64,000 nucleotides of DNA from Deferribacterales bacterium. GTDB lineage: Bacteria > Chrysiogenota > Deferribacteres > Deferribacterales > Geovibrionaceae. The stretch covers positions 57,909 through 121,908 of the forward strand of contig JBFWMA010000008.1 of the NCBI GenBank assembly GCA_050251875.1, in the 5' to 3' direction. Shown in pieces: positions 29,629 to 38,949 of this stretch; position 1 is the stretch's first letter, and every line of letters begins with the position of its first letter. The notes under the pieces were generated by a model. That model had not been told where the DNA came from. It did no database searches and saw only the letters and a list, made by a program, of their open reading frames with translations. The position numbers were made by a program, and so were the translations under genes.

Positions 29629-30261
29629 TTAACGGAGACAGGCAAGAACACCGGATGTGATCTCCACGCTTCTATCGTCAATACCGTGGTCTTTCATAGA
29701 CTCGGCAAGCCCCATAAAGGCGGAATCGTTGATGCTTTTGTTCAGAAAATTAATGGGAACCAGAACGGGTTCGTCCAGAAGTGTCAGGCGCATGGATTCC
29801 CGGCAGGCTTTGTCATCCGCGCTGACAACAGAACGGCAGGCGAAAGGACGCACAGGGTGTATGGAACAATCCCCCATCCTGCCCAGAAAAATACATTTTT
29901 TGTTGGCGGCGACCCTCTCCTCCTCGTCATACGAGGAGATATCCAGAGAGAGTTTCTCCATGTTGGAAATCATCCGCCCCAGAACAGCCGGGTTGCTGCT
30001 GTTTCTCAGATATGAGGCGATGATAACCGCCTCCGGCATAAGAACCGGCACATGAACACGGCAGCAGTGAGAGCATCCGCTCCTGCACATTATCATAGCC
30101 TTCTGCTCTGCCGGGATAGTCTGATCGATATGCTGCTGAGTGACAGCGAACAGTTTTTTCATCATACGGCACAGATTGCCGGAATCCGTTCCGTTTTCAA
30201 GATAGCCGTCCGCCAGTTTTTTGATCTGTTCCAGAAAAGAACTGTCTTTTACGCTAACCAT
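29629..30261 (-). CDS. YkgJ-family cysteine cluster protein
   Basis: CRSGCSHCC, CIFL...CSIHPVRPFACR; ATG 30261 preferred over track GTG 30276. Confidence 0.85.
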   Translation of the reverse strand: MVSVKDSSFLEQIKKLADGYLENGTDSGNLCRMMKKLFAVTQQHIDQTIPAEQKAMIMCRSGCSHCCRVHVPVLMPEAVIIASYLRNSSNPAVLGRMISNMEKLSLDISSYDEEERVAANKKCIFLGRMGDCSIHPVRPFACRSVVSADDKACRESMRLTLLDEPVLVPINFLNKSINDSAFMGLAESMKDHGIDDRSVEITSGVLACLR

Positions 30262-30351
30262 AAAGAAGTATAACACAATTTTATAACTATGCCATACCCT
30301 TTATAATATTAACAATTTTCTATTTTTATTAATTAACTTATTATTGATTTT

Positions 30352-31917
30352 TTAACCACTGAAATCTTCAATAGAAGCGCTGCACGGCAGACACTTCGGT
30401 ATCATCACACGGAACGCTGTCCCCTCGCCCAGAACGGACGACACTTCCAGCCTGCCCTTGTGACCGTCTATGATCTTGGATATGATAGAGAGCCCGAGCC
30501 CTGTTCCGGAGAACTCTCTCTTCACGTTGGAGCATCTGTAGAACCTTCCGGTGATCTTGCCTATCTCGTCCTCGGGTATGCCCACTCCTCCGTCAGCCAC
30601 CTCGATTATCCTGTAATCGTCAGTGTCTTTCATGGATATGGAGAGAAAACCGTTATGTTTGTTGAATTTTACGGCGTTGGAGACCAGATTGGACACCACA
30701 TGCCTGAATGACTCGCCGTCCAGACACATTATGGCGGTGGACGGGATATCTATATTAACGCTGAGGTTTTTGTCGTGAATATCCTTGTCGTATTCCATTA
30801 CGATCTCTCTGATGAGCAGACCGATCTCCACAGGGATAAAATGATAAGGGTACTGGTTGCTGTCCAGCCTGGACAGAGTGATGATTTCGTTAAAAAGAGT
30901 GTTCAGCAGCCTGGCGCTTCTGGCTATGGTTTCCAGAGACTTTTCACGGACGTCCTCGCCGCATTCACTGCCCTTGTTAACCAATATCTCGGAATAGGAT
31001 ATTATCTTTGTCAGGGGCGTTCTGACCTCGTGCGCGAGATTGTCCAGAATGTCGGATTTGAAGGTGTTTATGGTCTTCAGCTCCCTGTTGCTCGCCTTCA
31101 GTTTCTCCATCACCGATTTATACTGCGATGTCACCTTCGCCAGCTGTTCTTTCAGGTTGTCCTCATTCTCCAGAATACTCTGGCGCATCATCTCGAACGC
31201 TTCCGACAGCTCCTGAATCTCGTCCCCCGTCCTGATCTCCAGTTTTCCGGAAAAATCTCCGTGTTTATATGAGGCGGCGGCACGGGTGAGCGTGGATATA
31301 TTTTTCAGAACCATCATCCTCAGAAGCAGGGTAACGGTGAAAACTATGCCCAGAAAGGCGGCAAAACCGATTATCTCATAGTTTGTGTTGTTCTCGGCGA
31401 TCGCCTTCTCTATCTCCGCCAGCGGGATGGTGACGGATATTCCGCCACGCAGATCGCCTATCTTATACCCCTGATAGTCGTGACATTCCATACAGGCGCT
31501 GTTCACATAAAGAGGAGCCATGTATCTGAAATATTTCTTATTGTCTATGGTTTCGATCTCTTCCGCTTCGTTTCTGCCTTCTCTGAACATGGCAAGAGCC
31601 TTCAGCTCGAAAGTGTCCGGAGCGTTTTCCGGGTTTATCAGCTGTTCGCTGGTGATGTGAAAGCGGAAATCGGACATCTTTCCGGCATAAAGAGAGAGCT
31701 CTTTGGTGACAACGGCAGGCACAGGGACAACCTCGTCTCTGTTCTCCGCCACCCACTGTCTGGTGATTACTATCATGTCGAAGAGCGTTTTCGCCTGTAT
31801 GTGTGCCTGCTGGAGAAGGATTCTGTTCTGGCTGTTCCAGAAGAAGCCCGTCATCAGCACGACTATGCAGACAGTCACAAGAATGATTCCGATAAGCAGC
31901 TTTACAGTAAGTTTCAT
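30352..31917 (-). CDS. Sensor histidine kinase with periplasmic c-type heme domain (DUF3365/Tll0287-like)
   Basis: NPENAPDTFE, FRYMAPL..CMECH, GDLRGGIS; HAMP; AHEVRTPL; GTGLGL. Confidence 0.9.
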   Translation of the reverse strand: MKLTVKLLIGIILVTVCIVVLMTGFFWNSQNRILLQQAHIQAKTLFDMIVITRQWVAENRDEVVPVPAVVTKELSLYAGKMSDFRFHITSEQLINPENAPDTFELKALAMFREGRNEAEEIETIDNKKYFRYMAPLYVNSACMECHDYQGYKIGDLRGGISVTIPLAEIEKAIAENNTNYEIIGFAAFLGIVFTVTLLLRMMVLKNISTLTRAAASYKHGDFSGKLEIRTGDEIQELSEAFEMMRQSILENEDNLKEQLAKVTSQYKSVMEKLKASNRELKTINTFKSDILDNLAHEVRTPLTKIISYSEILVNKGSECGEDVREKSLETIARSARLLNTLFNEIITLSRLDSNQYPYHFIPVEIGLLIREIVMEYDKDIHDKNLSVNIDIPSTAIMCLDGESFRHVVSNLVSNAVKFNKHNGFLSISMKDTDDYRIIEVADGGVGIPEDEIGKITGRFYRCSNVKREFSGTGLGLSIISKIIDGHKGRLEVSSVLGEGTAFRVMIPKCLPCSASIEDFSG

Positions 31918-32615
31918 TTTTTGATCTTATAGCCGACACCTGACATAGTTTTAATTATGTCGGGATTTTTTGGATTGATCTCTATTTTTTGTCTGAGGTT
32001 CTTGATATGCACGTCCAGGCTTCTGGACCATGAATATATCGAGTTTTTACCCCAGATATCGTTCACTATGGTGTCACGGGACAGAACCTGCCCGGCTTTG
32101 TCTATAAAATACATCAGAATATCGTATTCCTTAGGCGTCAGGTTCACCTTTTCGCCGGCGCTGAATACCTGACGGCTCGCTTTGTCTATCTCCAGATGGT
32201 GAAAGAGGAGCGTGTCTTCCGTCCCCTTGCTCTCCTCGTGGGATGAGGATTTTTCCACACGCCGGAGGATCGCCTTCACCCTGGCAACCAGCTCGATGTT
32301 TTCAAACGGCTTGGTGATATAATCATCCGCGCCGTACTCCAGACAGACTACCTTGTCCGACACATTGTCCCTGGCGGACAGAATGAGAATGGGAATATCC
32401 ATCTCAGCCCTTATCAGCCGGCATATCTGCTGACCGTCTATATCCGGGAGATTGAGGTCAAGGATAATAAGATCCGGCTTATCCTCCTTAACCATCTCGA
32501 GGCACTTCATTCCGGTGGACGCTGACCTGACATCGTACTTTTCCAGATTGAGCAGGAGTTCCAGAATATTCAGGATGTCCTGATCATCGTCTACTATCAA
32601 TATCTTCGTACACAT
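31914..32615 (-). CDS. OmpR/PhoB-family response regulator
   Basis: IILDLNLP, GADDYITKPF, LTPKEY, SLDVHIKNLRQK, GVGY. Confidence 0.95.
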   Translation of the reverse strand: MCTKILIVDDDQDILNILELLLNLEKYDVRSASTGMKCLEMVKEDKPDLIILDLNLPDIDGQQICRLIRAEMDIPILILSARDNVSDKVVCLEYGADDYITKPFENIELVARVKAILRRVEKSSSHEESKGTEDTLLFHHLEIDKASRQVFSAGEKVNLTPKEYDILMYFIDKAGQVLSRDTIVNDIWGKNSIYSWSRSLDVHIKNLRQKIEINPKNPDIIKTMSGVGYKIKK

Positions 32616-32772
32616 AGCTTCACCAAACCTTGTATCGCTTAATATCTTTAATAATATCATGTAAAAAAAATAAAGCGATTTTTTTTGTCCGGCAAAGCCA
32701 ACGATTATAAATTCGCCTAATTATCTAAACAGCCTGAAAAGACTGATATATCAGCAATATATCTTCCGGCTG

Positions 32773-33849
32773 TTAAAGCGTTCCATAGGAGTGCAGACCG
32801 GACAACAGCAGGTTGACTCCGATGTATGTAAAGATTGTGCATATAAAGCCTATCACGGCTATCGCGGACGCTCTGGCTCCGGTCCAGTTCCTGACATATC
32901 TGGCATGCAGGTAAAAAGCGTATATCAGCCATGTGATGAGAGCCCATGTCTCTTTCGGGTCCCATGACCAGTATTTTCCCCACGCCTTGTCAGCCCACAC
33001 GGCGCCGAATATCAGACCGCCTATGGTGAAAACGGGAAAACCGATGGATACCATTTTATAAGCCAGCTCCTCCATCACTTCGCCTTTCACGCCGAACTTA
33101 GCCATCGCTCTGCCGAGTCCGCCGCCGAATCTCCATACGAAGAGAGTCAGGAGCAGATATGCCGCCAGAACTGCCGCCCAGCCTCCGGCACCCAGATTAT
33201 TTATAGCAAAATAAAGAGGCTTATACGCTCCCTGAGTCTGCTTGGCGGAGAGCGCATAGACAAAATCCGCTGTGACGAACGCCGTCACGAAGACGAACAG
33301 AGCGAGTGAAACCGTCCAGAATATATACATTCCCTGCTTCTTTTTCAGATCGAGCGATGCCAGATGAAGCACAGCGCCCACAAAAGAGACGGAAAAAGCG
33401 GCGTATGCCACAAAACTCATAGTAGCGTGCGCCAGAAGCCAGTTGCTCTTCAGAGCGGGAACCAGAGGCTGGATCCCCTTAGCCGCTCCCACCATGTCCA
33501 CGAAGGACACAGCCATTCCGGCTATAGCCGTCAGAAACGCTCCGAGAAATCTGGTCTTATATTTCCTCTCTATATAGATATTCCCCAGAATAACGCACCA
33601 TGCGAAAAAGAGCAGCGACTCATAAAGGTTTGTTATCGGGATGGATTGAAAAAGCCCCAGACCGTATGTTTGTGAAAAATCCGACCAGCGGATGAGAAAC
33701 GCCAGTGTATGACATAAAAAAGCGGCGATAACGGCGTATGACGCCACTCTGCCGATTATTTCTTTCCTGAAGATAAGATAAGCTATATACACAGCCATAG
33801 ACAGCATATATACAAGTCCGGAAATGCCGAAAAGCGCTGAACTGTTCAT
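32773..33849 (-). CDS. ccsA: System II cytochrome c synthase, WWD-domain subunit (CcsA/ResC)
   Basis: GAVWADKAWGKYWSWDPKETW, LLSGLHSY. Confidence 0.95.
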   Translation of the reverse strand: MNSSALFGISGLVYMLSMAVYIAYLIFRKEIIGRVASYAVIAAFLCHTLAFLIRWSDFSQTYGLGLFQSIPITNLYESLLFFAWCVILGNIYIERKYKTRFLGAFLTAIAGMAVSFVDMVGAAKGIQPLVPALKSNWLLAHATMSFVAYAAFSVSFVGAVLHLASLDLKKKQGMYIFWTVSLALFVFVTAFVTADFVYALSAKQTQGAYKPLYFAINNLGAGGWAAVLAAYLLLTLFVWRFGGGLGRAMAKFGVKGEVMEELAYKMVSIGFPVFTIGGLIFGAVWADKAWGKYWSWDPKETWALITWLIYAFYLHARYVRNWTGARASAIAVIGFICTIFTYIGVNLLLSGLHSYGTL

Positions 33850-33859
33850 GTTTTACCGC

Positions 33860-35218
33860 CTATTTCAAAATAAAATTTCTGAGTCTGTCGATATCTTCGC
33901 CGACAGCCGATTTGTATTTGCTTCTGTCAGCGGCGACAGACACACGGCTGACTGAACCATTCTTCTCCACTCTGACCCATATTCTGGTATGGCGGAAGTA
34001 AAAAGCCACAATCACGCCGATGCTGAGTATTATAAAGCCGATGTATATCAGAAGTTTGCCGGGGTCTTTGCTGACTGTCAGAACAGAATACTGAGCGCCC
34101 AGCACATCGACAAACTTAACCTTGAAGTCTTTCATATCGCCGGATTCCTCGTGTTTCTGAAAGATCCACTTATATCCCAGAGATACTTCGTTTTCATCAA
34201 AGACCTCCAGAAGCACAGCGGGGTTCATCATCATGGTGTTGAAGTTAACCAGCCTGCCCTTCTCGTCCTGACCGAGCGAAGGAGCGAAGTCCTGAACGAT
34301 GGCGGTCAGATTGGTCTCGGGTATGCTGAATTTCTGCCCGAAACCGGTGTGTATGTTGCTGGTTTTATCCGCCTTTCCAGCCTGAAGCATAAAGAGCACA
34401 TTGTCCCCGGCATAGAATCCGTGATTTGTCTGAAAAATCCTGTAGCCTTTGTAGTTTACAGGCGTATTCACCAGAAGCTGAAGGTGCTCCTTCTTATCGC
34501 CGTTTATAATAGTGATATCCGAAACATATTTTTCGGGTTTGATGGAATCTTTGTAATAGTCCACATCGAAATTATCGAGCTGGATGCTGAAAGGGAGTTT
34601 TACCTCCTTCTTAGCGGGGGTGATGATCACGTCATCGCTGCTGCCTTCCACTATGGCTATATTGCCTTTGAATCCGGCTGTGATGCCTATCAGGGCAGCG
34701 GCAAGCACAATGATGATCCCCAGATGGGTGATATAGACGCCGCTTCTGCTGAATCTGCCTTTTTCCGCGGCGAAATATGAGACGGAATCTTCGGTTTCGC
34801 TTACAAAACCGAAATTTTTCAGATATCCCTGTATCTTCTCCTCAGCGTCTTCCGGCGCTTCGAAAGTTACGGTGTTTTTTGAGGTTTCAAAAATATCTCT
34901 GTTAATGCCGACAGGAGTCTTAAGCTGTCTGTATACATGCGGCAGTCTGTTAAAGGTGCATACGATAAGGTTCAGGGCGAAAAGCAGAAGAAGAGCGATG
35001 AACCACCATGAACCGTATATGTCCACCAGACCTATTTTGGAAAGGATCACATACATCTGCTCATGGCTGGTGTGGAACTTTTCGCTGAGCCAGAAAACAG
35101 ACTTGGAGCCAGCCTCATGCTGCTGAATAAAAGTGCCGAGAGAAGACCCGGCGGCTATCAGCACAAACAGAAACATAGCGAGTTTTACCGAGCTGAAAAA
35201 ATCTAATATTTTCTTCAA
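33860..35218 (-). CDS. resB: System II cytochrome c biogenesis protein ResB/CcsB
   Basis: SSVKLA..GTFIQQ, YGSWWF..NLIVCT, YITHLG, VNTP, KDPG; TTG 35218 with GAGGTG SD. Confidence 0.9.
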   Translation of the reverse strand: MKKILDFFSSVKLAMFLFVLIAAGSSLGTFIQQHEAGSKSVFWLSEKFHTSHEQMYVILSKIGLVDIYGSWWFIALLLLFALNLIVCTFNRLPHVYRQLKTPVGINRDIFETSKNTVTFEAPEDAEEKIQGYLKNFGFVSETEDSVSYFAAEKGRFSRSGVYITHLGIIIVLAAALIGITAGFKGNIAIVEGSSDDVIITPAKKEVKLPFSIQLDNFDVDYYKDSIKPEKYVSDITIINGDKKEHLQLLVNTPVNYKGYRIFQTNHGFYAGDNVLFMLQAGKADKTSNIHTGFGQKFSIPETNLTAIVQDFAPSLGQDEKGRLVNFNTMMMNPAVLLEVFDENEVSLGYKWIFQKHEESGDMKDFKVKFVDVLGAQYSVLTVSKDPGKLLIYIGFIILSIGVIVAFYFRHTRIWVRVEKNGSVSRVSVAADRSKYKSAVGEDIDRLRNFILK

Positions 35219-35249
35219 GGAACACCTCAATAGGAATATAAAATCAAAG

Positions 35250-35282
35250 AAAAAGCGGGAGACCATTGGTCCCCCGCGCTTT
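35250..35282 (-). terminator. Intrinsic terminator after the nitrite reductase gene
   Basis: Minus strand GCGGGGGACC-AAT-GGTCTCCCGC followed by a T-tract. Confidence 0.7.
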
Positions 35283-35295
35283 GTTTTGTCCGTTA

Positions 35296-36942
35296 TTACT
35301 TCGCTGCGGAAGTTTTTGCGGCGGCTAAGGCATCATCAATGATTTTGATACCTTTCTGAGATTCGTCCACTGACTGTGTCAGAGACTCTCTCGCCATCTC
35401 AGGGTTGTGGAAACCGTCTGAGTTCTCAGCGGTCCAGTATTCCCAGAGTATGTGGGCTCTGAGGTGCTGATCCTGAGCCTGTTTAACAACATCTTCAGAA
35501 AGTCCGGCTTTTTTGCCTTCAACTATCTTGTCGATGAGTCTGTCCAGCCAGAATTCAGCTTTTCTCATTTTGCCTTTTGTATATGCCTTAACAGAATCTA
35601 TGGCGTATACGGCGTCTTTCTCTGTCCAGCCTTTATGGCATCCGCCGGTCAGACAGGATGATTTGATATGCTCTTTCGGTGTAACGGCGAAGTGAGATGT
35701 GTAGGTTTTGCCGTTTTTGCCTTTAACTTTTTCCATGTGGCATGTGTCGCATCCCACGCCTGCTTTAGCGTGTACAGAGTTATAATGTGACTCTGATTCG
35801 GGGTGCTGGGCTTTCCACAGGAGACCGTCAGTCAGCTTATGTTTGAAGTCGAGCATGTGTATCTGGTTTTTATAGTGATCATACAGACCGAACACATCTT
35901 TATAGGGAAAATGGTTGGTTCTGTCGTCAGCAAAAGTCACTTTCTCGCCTGTTTTTGTATCTGTGCCGGGGTTACAGTTATATTCAACGTGGCACTGACC
36001 GCACTGAAGTCTTGAGTCATATTTCTCAAGGATGGCGATTTTTCTTGTGTATCCTCTCATACCCATATCATAAACTTTGATATTAGTATGGTTGGGGTCT
36101 TTTGCCCAGAGAGTGTCGGCCTCAGGTCTTGTCAGAGCCTGAATAAGAGCGTCTCTAACGATTCTGGGTTTAGCTGAGTGAGGATCGTGGCAGTAGTAGC
36201 AGTTCAGACCGTGCTGAATCTTGCCTGACTGGATCATGGCTACAGGCTTGCTGGCTCTGGAGAAAGGAGCGCCGGCTTTAGGATCGCCCATGTATGCCCA
36301 GTCGAGGATGTGGTCCTGTGTCTTACACTGAAGACAAACAGGGTTAACCGCTGTGGCAGTCTGTCTCATGAATACTTTCTGATCATCGCTTTTAGGATCG
36401 GCGTCTTTGATAACGTTCCAAACCTTCTGGGGTTTTTCGTTAACATATGTCCATCCGTTTTTAGGCTGGAATCTGCCGCCGAATGCTCTGTCAACCACGA
36501 GCTGATCCAGAAGCATGAAGGGGTGGCTTCTTGTGAGACCGTGCTCTTTTGTAAAGCCGTGACCCATCATCAGTTTGTCCCAGTAAGGGTTGGGAGCTCT
36601 GTTGGTCAGCTGTGATTTTTCGTCTCTCGCCGGACGGTGTTTGCTCACTGTCAGGAAAGAGTCGTGCTGGTCTTTGTGACACTTGCCGCAGGCTTCCCAT
36701 GATGTATCAACAACAGGGTGCTTGCTGGAATCAGCAAGGTGCTCGTTCAGACCGGAGTGACAGTTAACACAATTCACATTCTTGTGCTTGCCCCCCGCGT
36801 GAAGTTCTTTTACTACGTCGTGACATTCGTAGCAAGTTTTGGGATTCACGGGTTTTTCCTTTGCGGCCATGGCTGTGGCAGCAAATAAAACACAGAATGC
36901 CGCCATCGCAGTGACCATTAGAAACCTTGTCACTTTAAACAT
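35296..36942 (-). CDS. Octaheme cytochrome c nitrite reductase (ONR/TvNiR-type, NrfA superfamily)
   Basis: Signal peptide; hemes CYECH, CVNCH, CGKCH, CLQCK (catalytic), CYYCH, CGQCH, CDTCH, CLTGGCH; RSH, CHVEYNC, KAQHPE, AENSDGFHNP. Confidence 0.92.
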   Translation of the reverse strand: MFKVTRFLMVTAMAAFCVLFAATAMAAKEKPVNPKTCYECHDVVKELHAGGKHKNVNCVNCHSGLNEHLADSSKHPVVDTSWEACGKCHKDQHDSFLTVSKHRPARDEKSQLTNRAPNPYWDKLMMGHGFTKEHGLTRSHPFMLLDQLVVDRAFGGRFQPKNGWTYVNEKPQKVWNVIKDADPKSDDQKVFMRQTATAVNPVCLQCKTQDHILDWAYMGDPKAGAPFSRASKPVAMIQSGKIQHGLNCYYCHDPHSAKPRIVRDALIQALTRPEADTLWAKDPNHTNIKVYDMGMRGYTRKIAILEKYDSRLQCGQCHVEYNCNPGTDTKTGEKVTFADDRTNHFPYKDVFGLYDHYKNQIHMLDFKHKLTDGLLWKAQHPESESHYNSVHAKAGVGCDTCHMEKVKGKNGKTYTSHFAVTPKEHIKSSCLTGGCHKGWTEKDAVYAIDSVKAYTKGKMRKAEFWLDRLIDKIVEGKKAGLSEDVVKQAQDQHLRAHILWEYWTAENSDGFHNPEMARESLTQSVDESQKGIKIIDDALAAAKTSAAK

Positions 36943-37074
36943 GATACCTCCTTTAATACATAAAAAACCGCTATTGCATAATATAGTATGCACAGAAAAA
37001 ACGTTAGATTGCTGTTAATGATATGAAACGGAGGTAAAGATTGTTAAGAAGACCGTGAACCGATGTAACAAAAC

Positions 37075-37110
37075 AAAAAAAACCGCGCGGCACGGCACAC
37101 CACGCGGTTT
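37075..37110 (-). terminator. Intrinsic terminator after the MCP gene
   Basis: Minus strand CCGCGTGG...CCGCGCGG followed by T8. Confidence 0.7.
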
Positions 37111-37119
37111 ATCAGCTGT

Positions 37120-38802
37120 TTATTTTGTTTTGAATTTGCTAACCATCAGATGCAGGTCGTCCGCCTGTTTCTGAAGATCCGCCACTGTCTCCGTCACCTG
37201 CGCCAGAGCGTTTGAGCTCTCATCTATTCCGGATGAGATTACCTGGGCGTTGTCGTTGATATTGGCGATGGCTGTCACCTGCTCCTGGATAGAAGCGTTG
37301 ATAGTCATGTTTGTGGAGTTGATGCTGTTCACAGCGCTGACGATTTTCTCGAAAACCTGCTCTGTGTTTTTGATAGCGTCCGCTCCGGTCATCACCTTGT
37401 TTGTAGCCTCCTGCATGTCTGCGGTGGCTGTCTTTGTCTCGTTCTGGAGACTGCCGATGATGTTCTCTATCTCTTTTGTGGCGCTCTGTGTTCTCTCTGC
37501 CAGCTTGCGCACCTCGTCCGCTACCACGGCGAATCCACGTCCGTGTTCACCGGCTCTCGCTGCCTCGATGGCGGCGTTCAGCGCCAGAAGGTTGGTCTGG
37601 TCTGCTATATCGTTAATAACGTTTACGATATTGCCGATTTCAGAAGAAGAGTTGGCGAGGCTGTCTATGGTACCGCCCAGTTTTTCCACTCTGTCTTTGA
37701 TAGCCATCACTTCGGACACGGAGCTGAGCAGTTTCTCTTTACCGTCCTGAGTGAGCACATCGGCGTTGTTGGTCTCCTGGTTGGCTTCCGCCAGAGACTG
37801 CATAACTTCCTGAGAAGTAACGCTGATCTCTTCGGTGGCGCTGGCGACTGATGTCACCTGGCTCGCCTGATCCTGAAAAGTAACGGTCAGCTCTTCCGTG
37901 GTGGAAGCCAGCTCTGTGGAGGCTGATGCCACGTTCTGAGAGCCTTCCTTCACTATAGTTATTATCTCATTGAGTTTGTTGATAAATTTATTGAAGTGTC
38001 TCGCCATGTCGCCCATCTCGTCATTAGAGAGCACAGGCAGTTCTTTGGTGAGGTCGCCCTCGCCTTCTGACACGTCTTTAAGGAATTTGTTGATAGCCAT
38101 GATGCTTTTCGTAATGATGCTGGAAAGAAACAGCGATACGAAAACTATACCGATGATGATGACAGTCGCCACGACAGCTATCATGAAGACCGTTTTGGAT
38201 ATTATGGACGCGACCTCTTCCTGTTTGGCGTCCACCGCGTCCTGAATGTCGTCTATGTAAAATCCGGTACCGATTGTCCAGCCCCATTTATCCATATACA
38301 TAGCATAGCTGAGCTTGGGTACTTCGGTGTTTTTGCTGGCTTTGAACCAGAGATATTCGACATATCCGCCGCCGTTTCTCGCCTCTCTGAAGAGCTCTTT
38401 GAAGAGATAAACGCCGTTCTTGTCCTGAAGATTCAGAAGATTCTGACCTATCAGCTCCGGCTTGGCTCTGTTGGCTATAACAATGCCTTCCTCATCGTTG
38501 GCGAAGATGTAGCCGTCTTTGCCGAAATACATATTCTGGAACATTTCAGCGACTTTTGCCTTGGCGTCCGCGTCATCAGGACCGGCAGAGTCATATATAT
38601 CTTTAACCGCTGAAAAGCTAAGGTCGATATACTGCTTCAGCTCCTGTTTTTTTGATTCTGTCATAGAGGTTTTAAGCCCCTCTATCTCTTTCTGCCCCAT
38701 CCCTCTCAGCTGGAAATAGGCAAAACCGGTAATAATACAAGCTGTCAGAAATACAGGAACAACTGACATTAGAGCAATTTTCAGTCTGATGCTAAGACTC
38801 AT
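37120..38802 (-). CDS. Methyl-accepting chemotaxis protein with sCache-type sensor
   Basis: [40 protein letters not shown] signalling hairpin. Confidence 0.93.
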   Translation of the reverse strand: MSLSIRLKIALMSVVPVFLTACIITGFAYFQLRGMGQKEIEGLKTSMTESKKQELKQYIDLSFSAVKDIYDSAGPDDADAKAKVAEMFQNMYFGKDGYIFANDEEGIVIANRAKPELIGQNLLNLQDKNGVYLFKELFREARNGGGYVEYLWFKASKNTEVPKLSYAMYMDKWGWTIGTGFYIDDIQDAVDAKQEEVASIISKTVFMIAVVATVIIIGIVFVSLFLSSIITKSIMAINKFLKDVSEGEGDLTKELPVLSNDEMGDMARHFNKFINKLNEIITIVKEGSQNVASASTELASTTEELTVTFQDQASQVTSVASATEEISVTSQEVMQSLAEANQETNNADVLTQDGKEKLLSSVSEVMAIKDRVEKLGGTIDSLANSSSEIGNIVNVINDIADQTNLLALNAAIEAARAGEHGRGFAVVADEVRKLAERTQSATKEIENIIGSLQNETKTATADMQEATNKVMTGADAIKNTEQVFEKIVSAVNSINSTNMTINASIQEQVTAIANINDNAQVISSGIDESSNALAQVTETVADLQKQADDLHLMVSKFKTK

Positions 38803-38949
38803 GAAACCTCCGTAATAAGACCCTATCAATATAAAAATTATTGTATTTTTGCAATATCACTATATAGTATCTTTGCTTTGAAACAAAATAATTTCAAGCA
38901 AATCTTAAATATTTTAATAAAATAATCAAATATTATACTAATAATTTAA

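Noticed and set aside
35296..36942. Calling the cytochrome a pentaheme NrfA
   Set aside because: Three extra N-terminal CxxCH motifs, the EYNC motif and the absence of nrfH indicate the octaheme type
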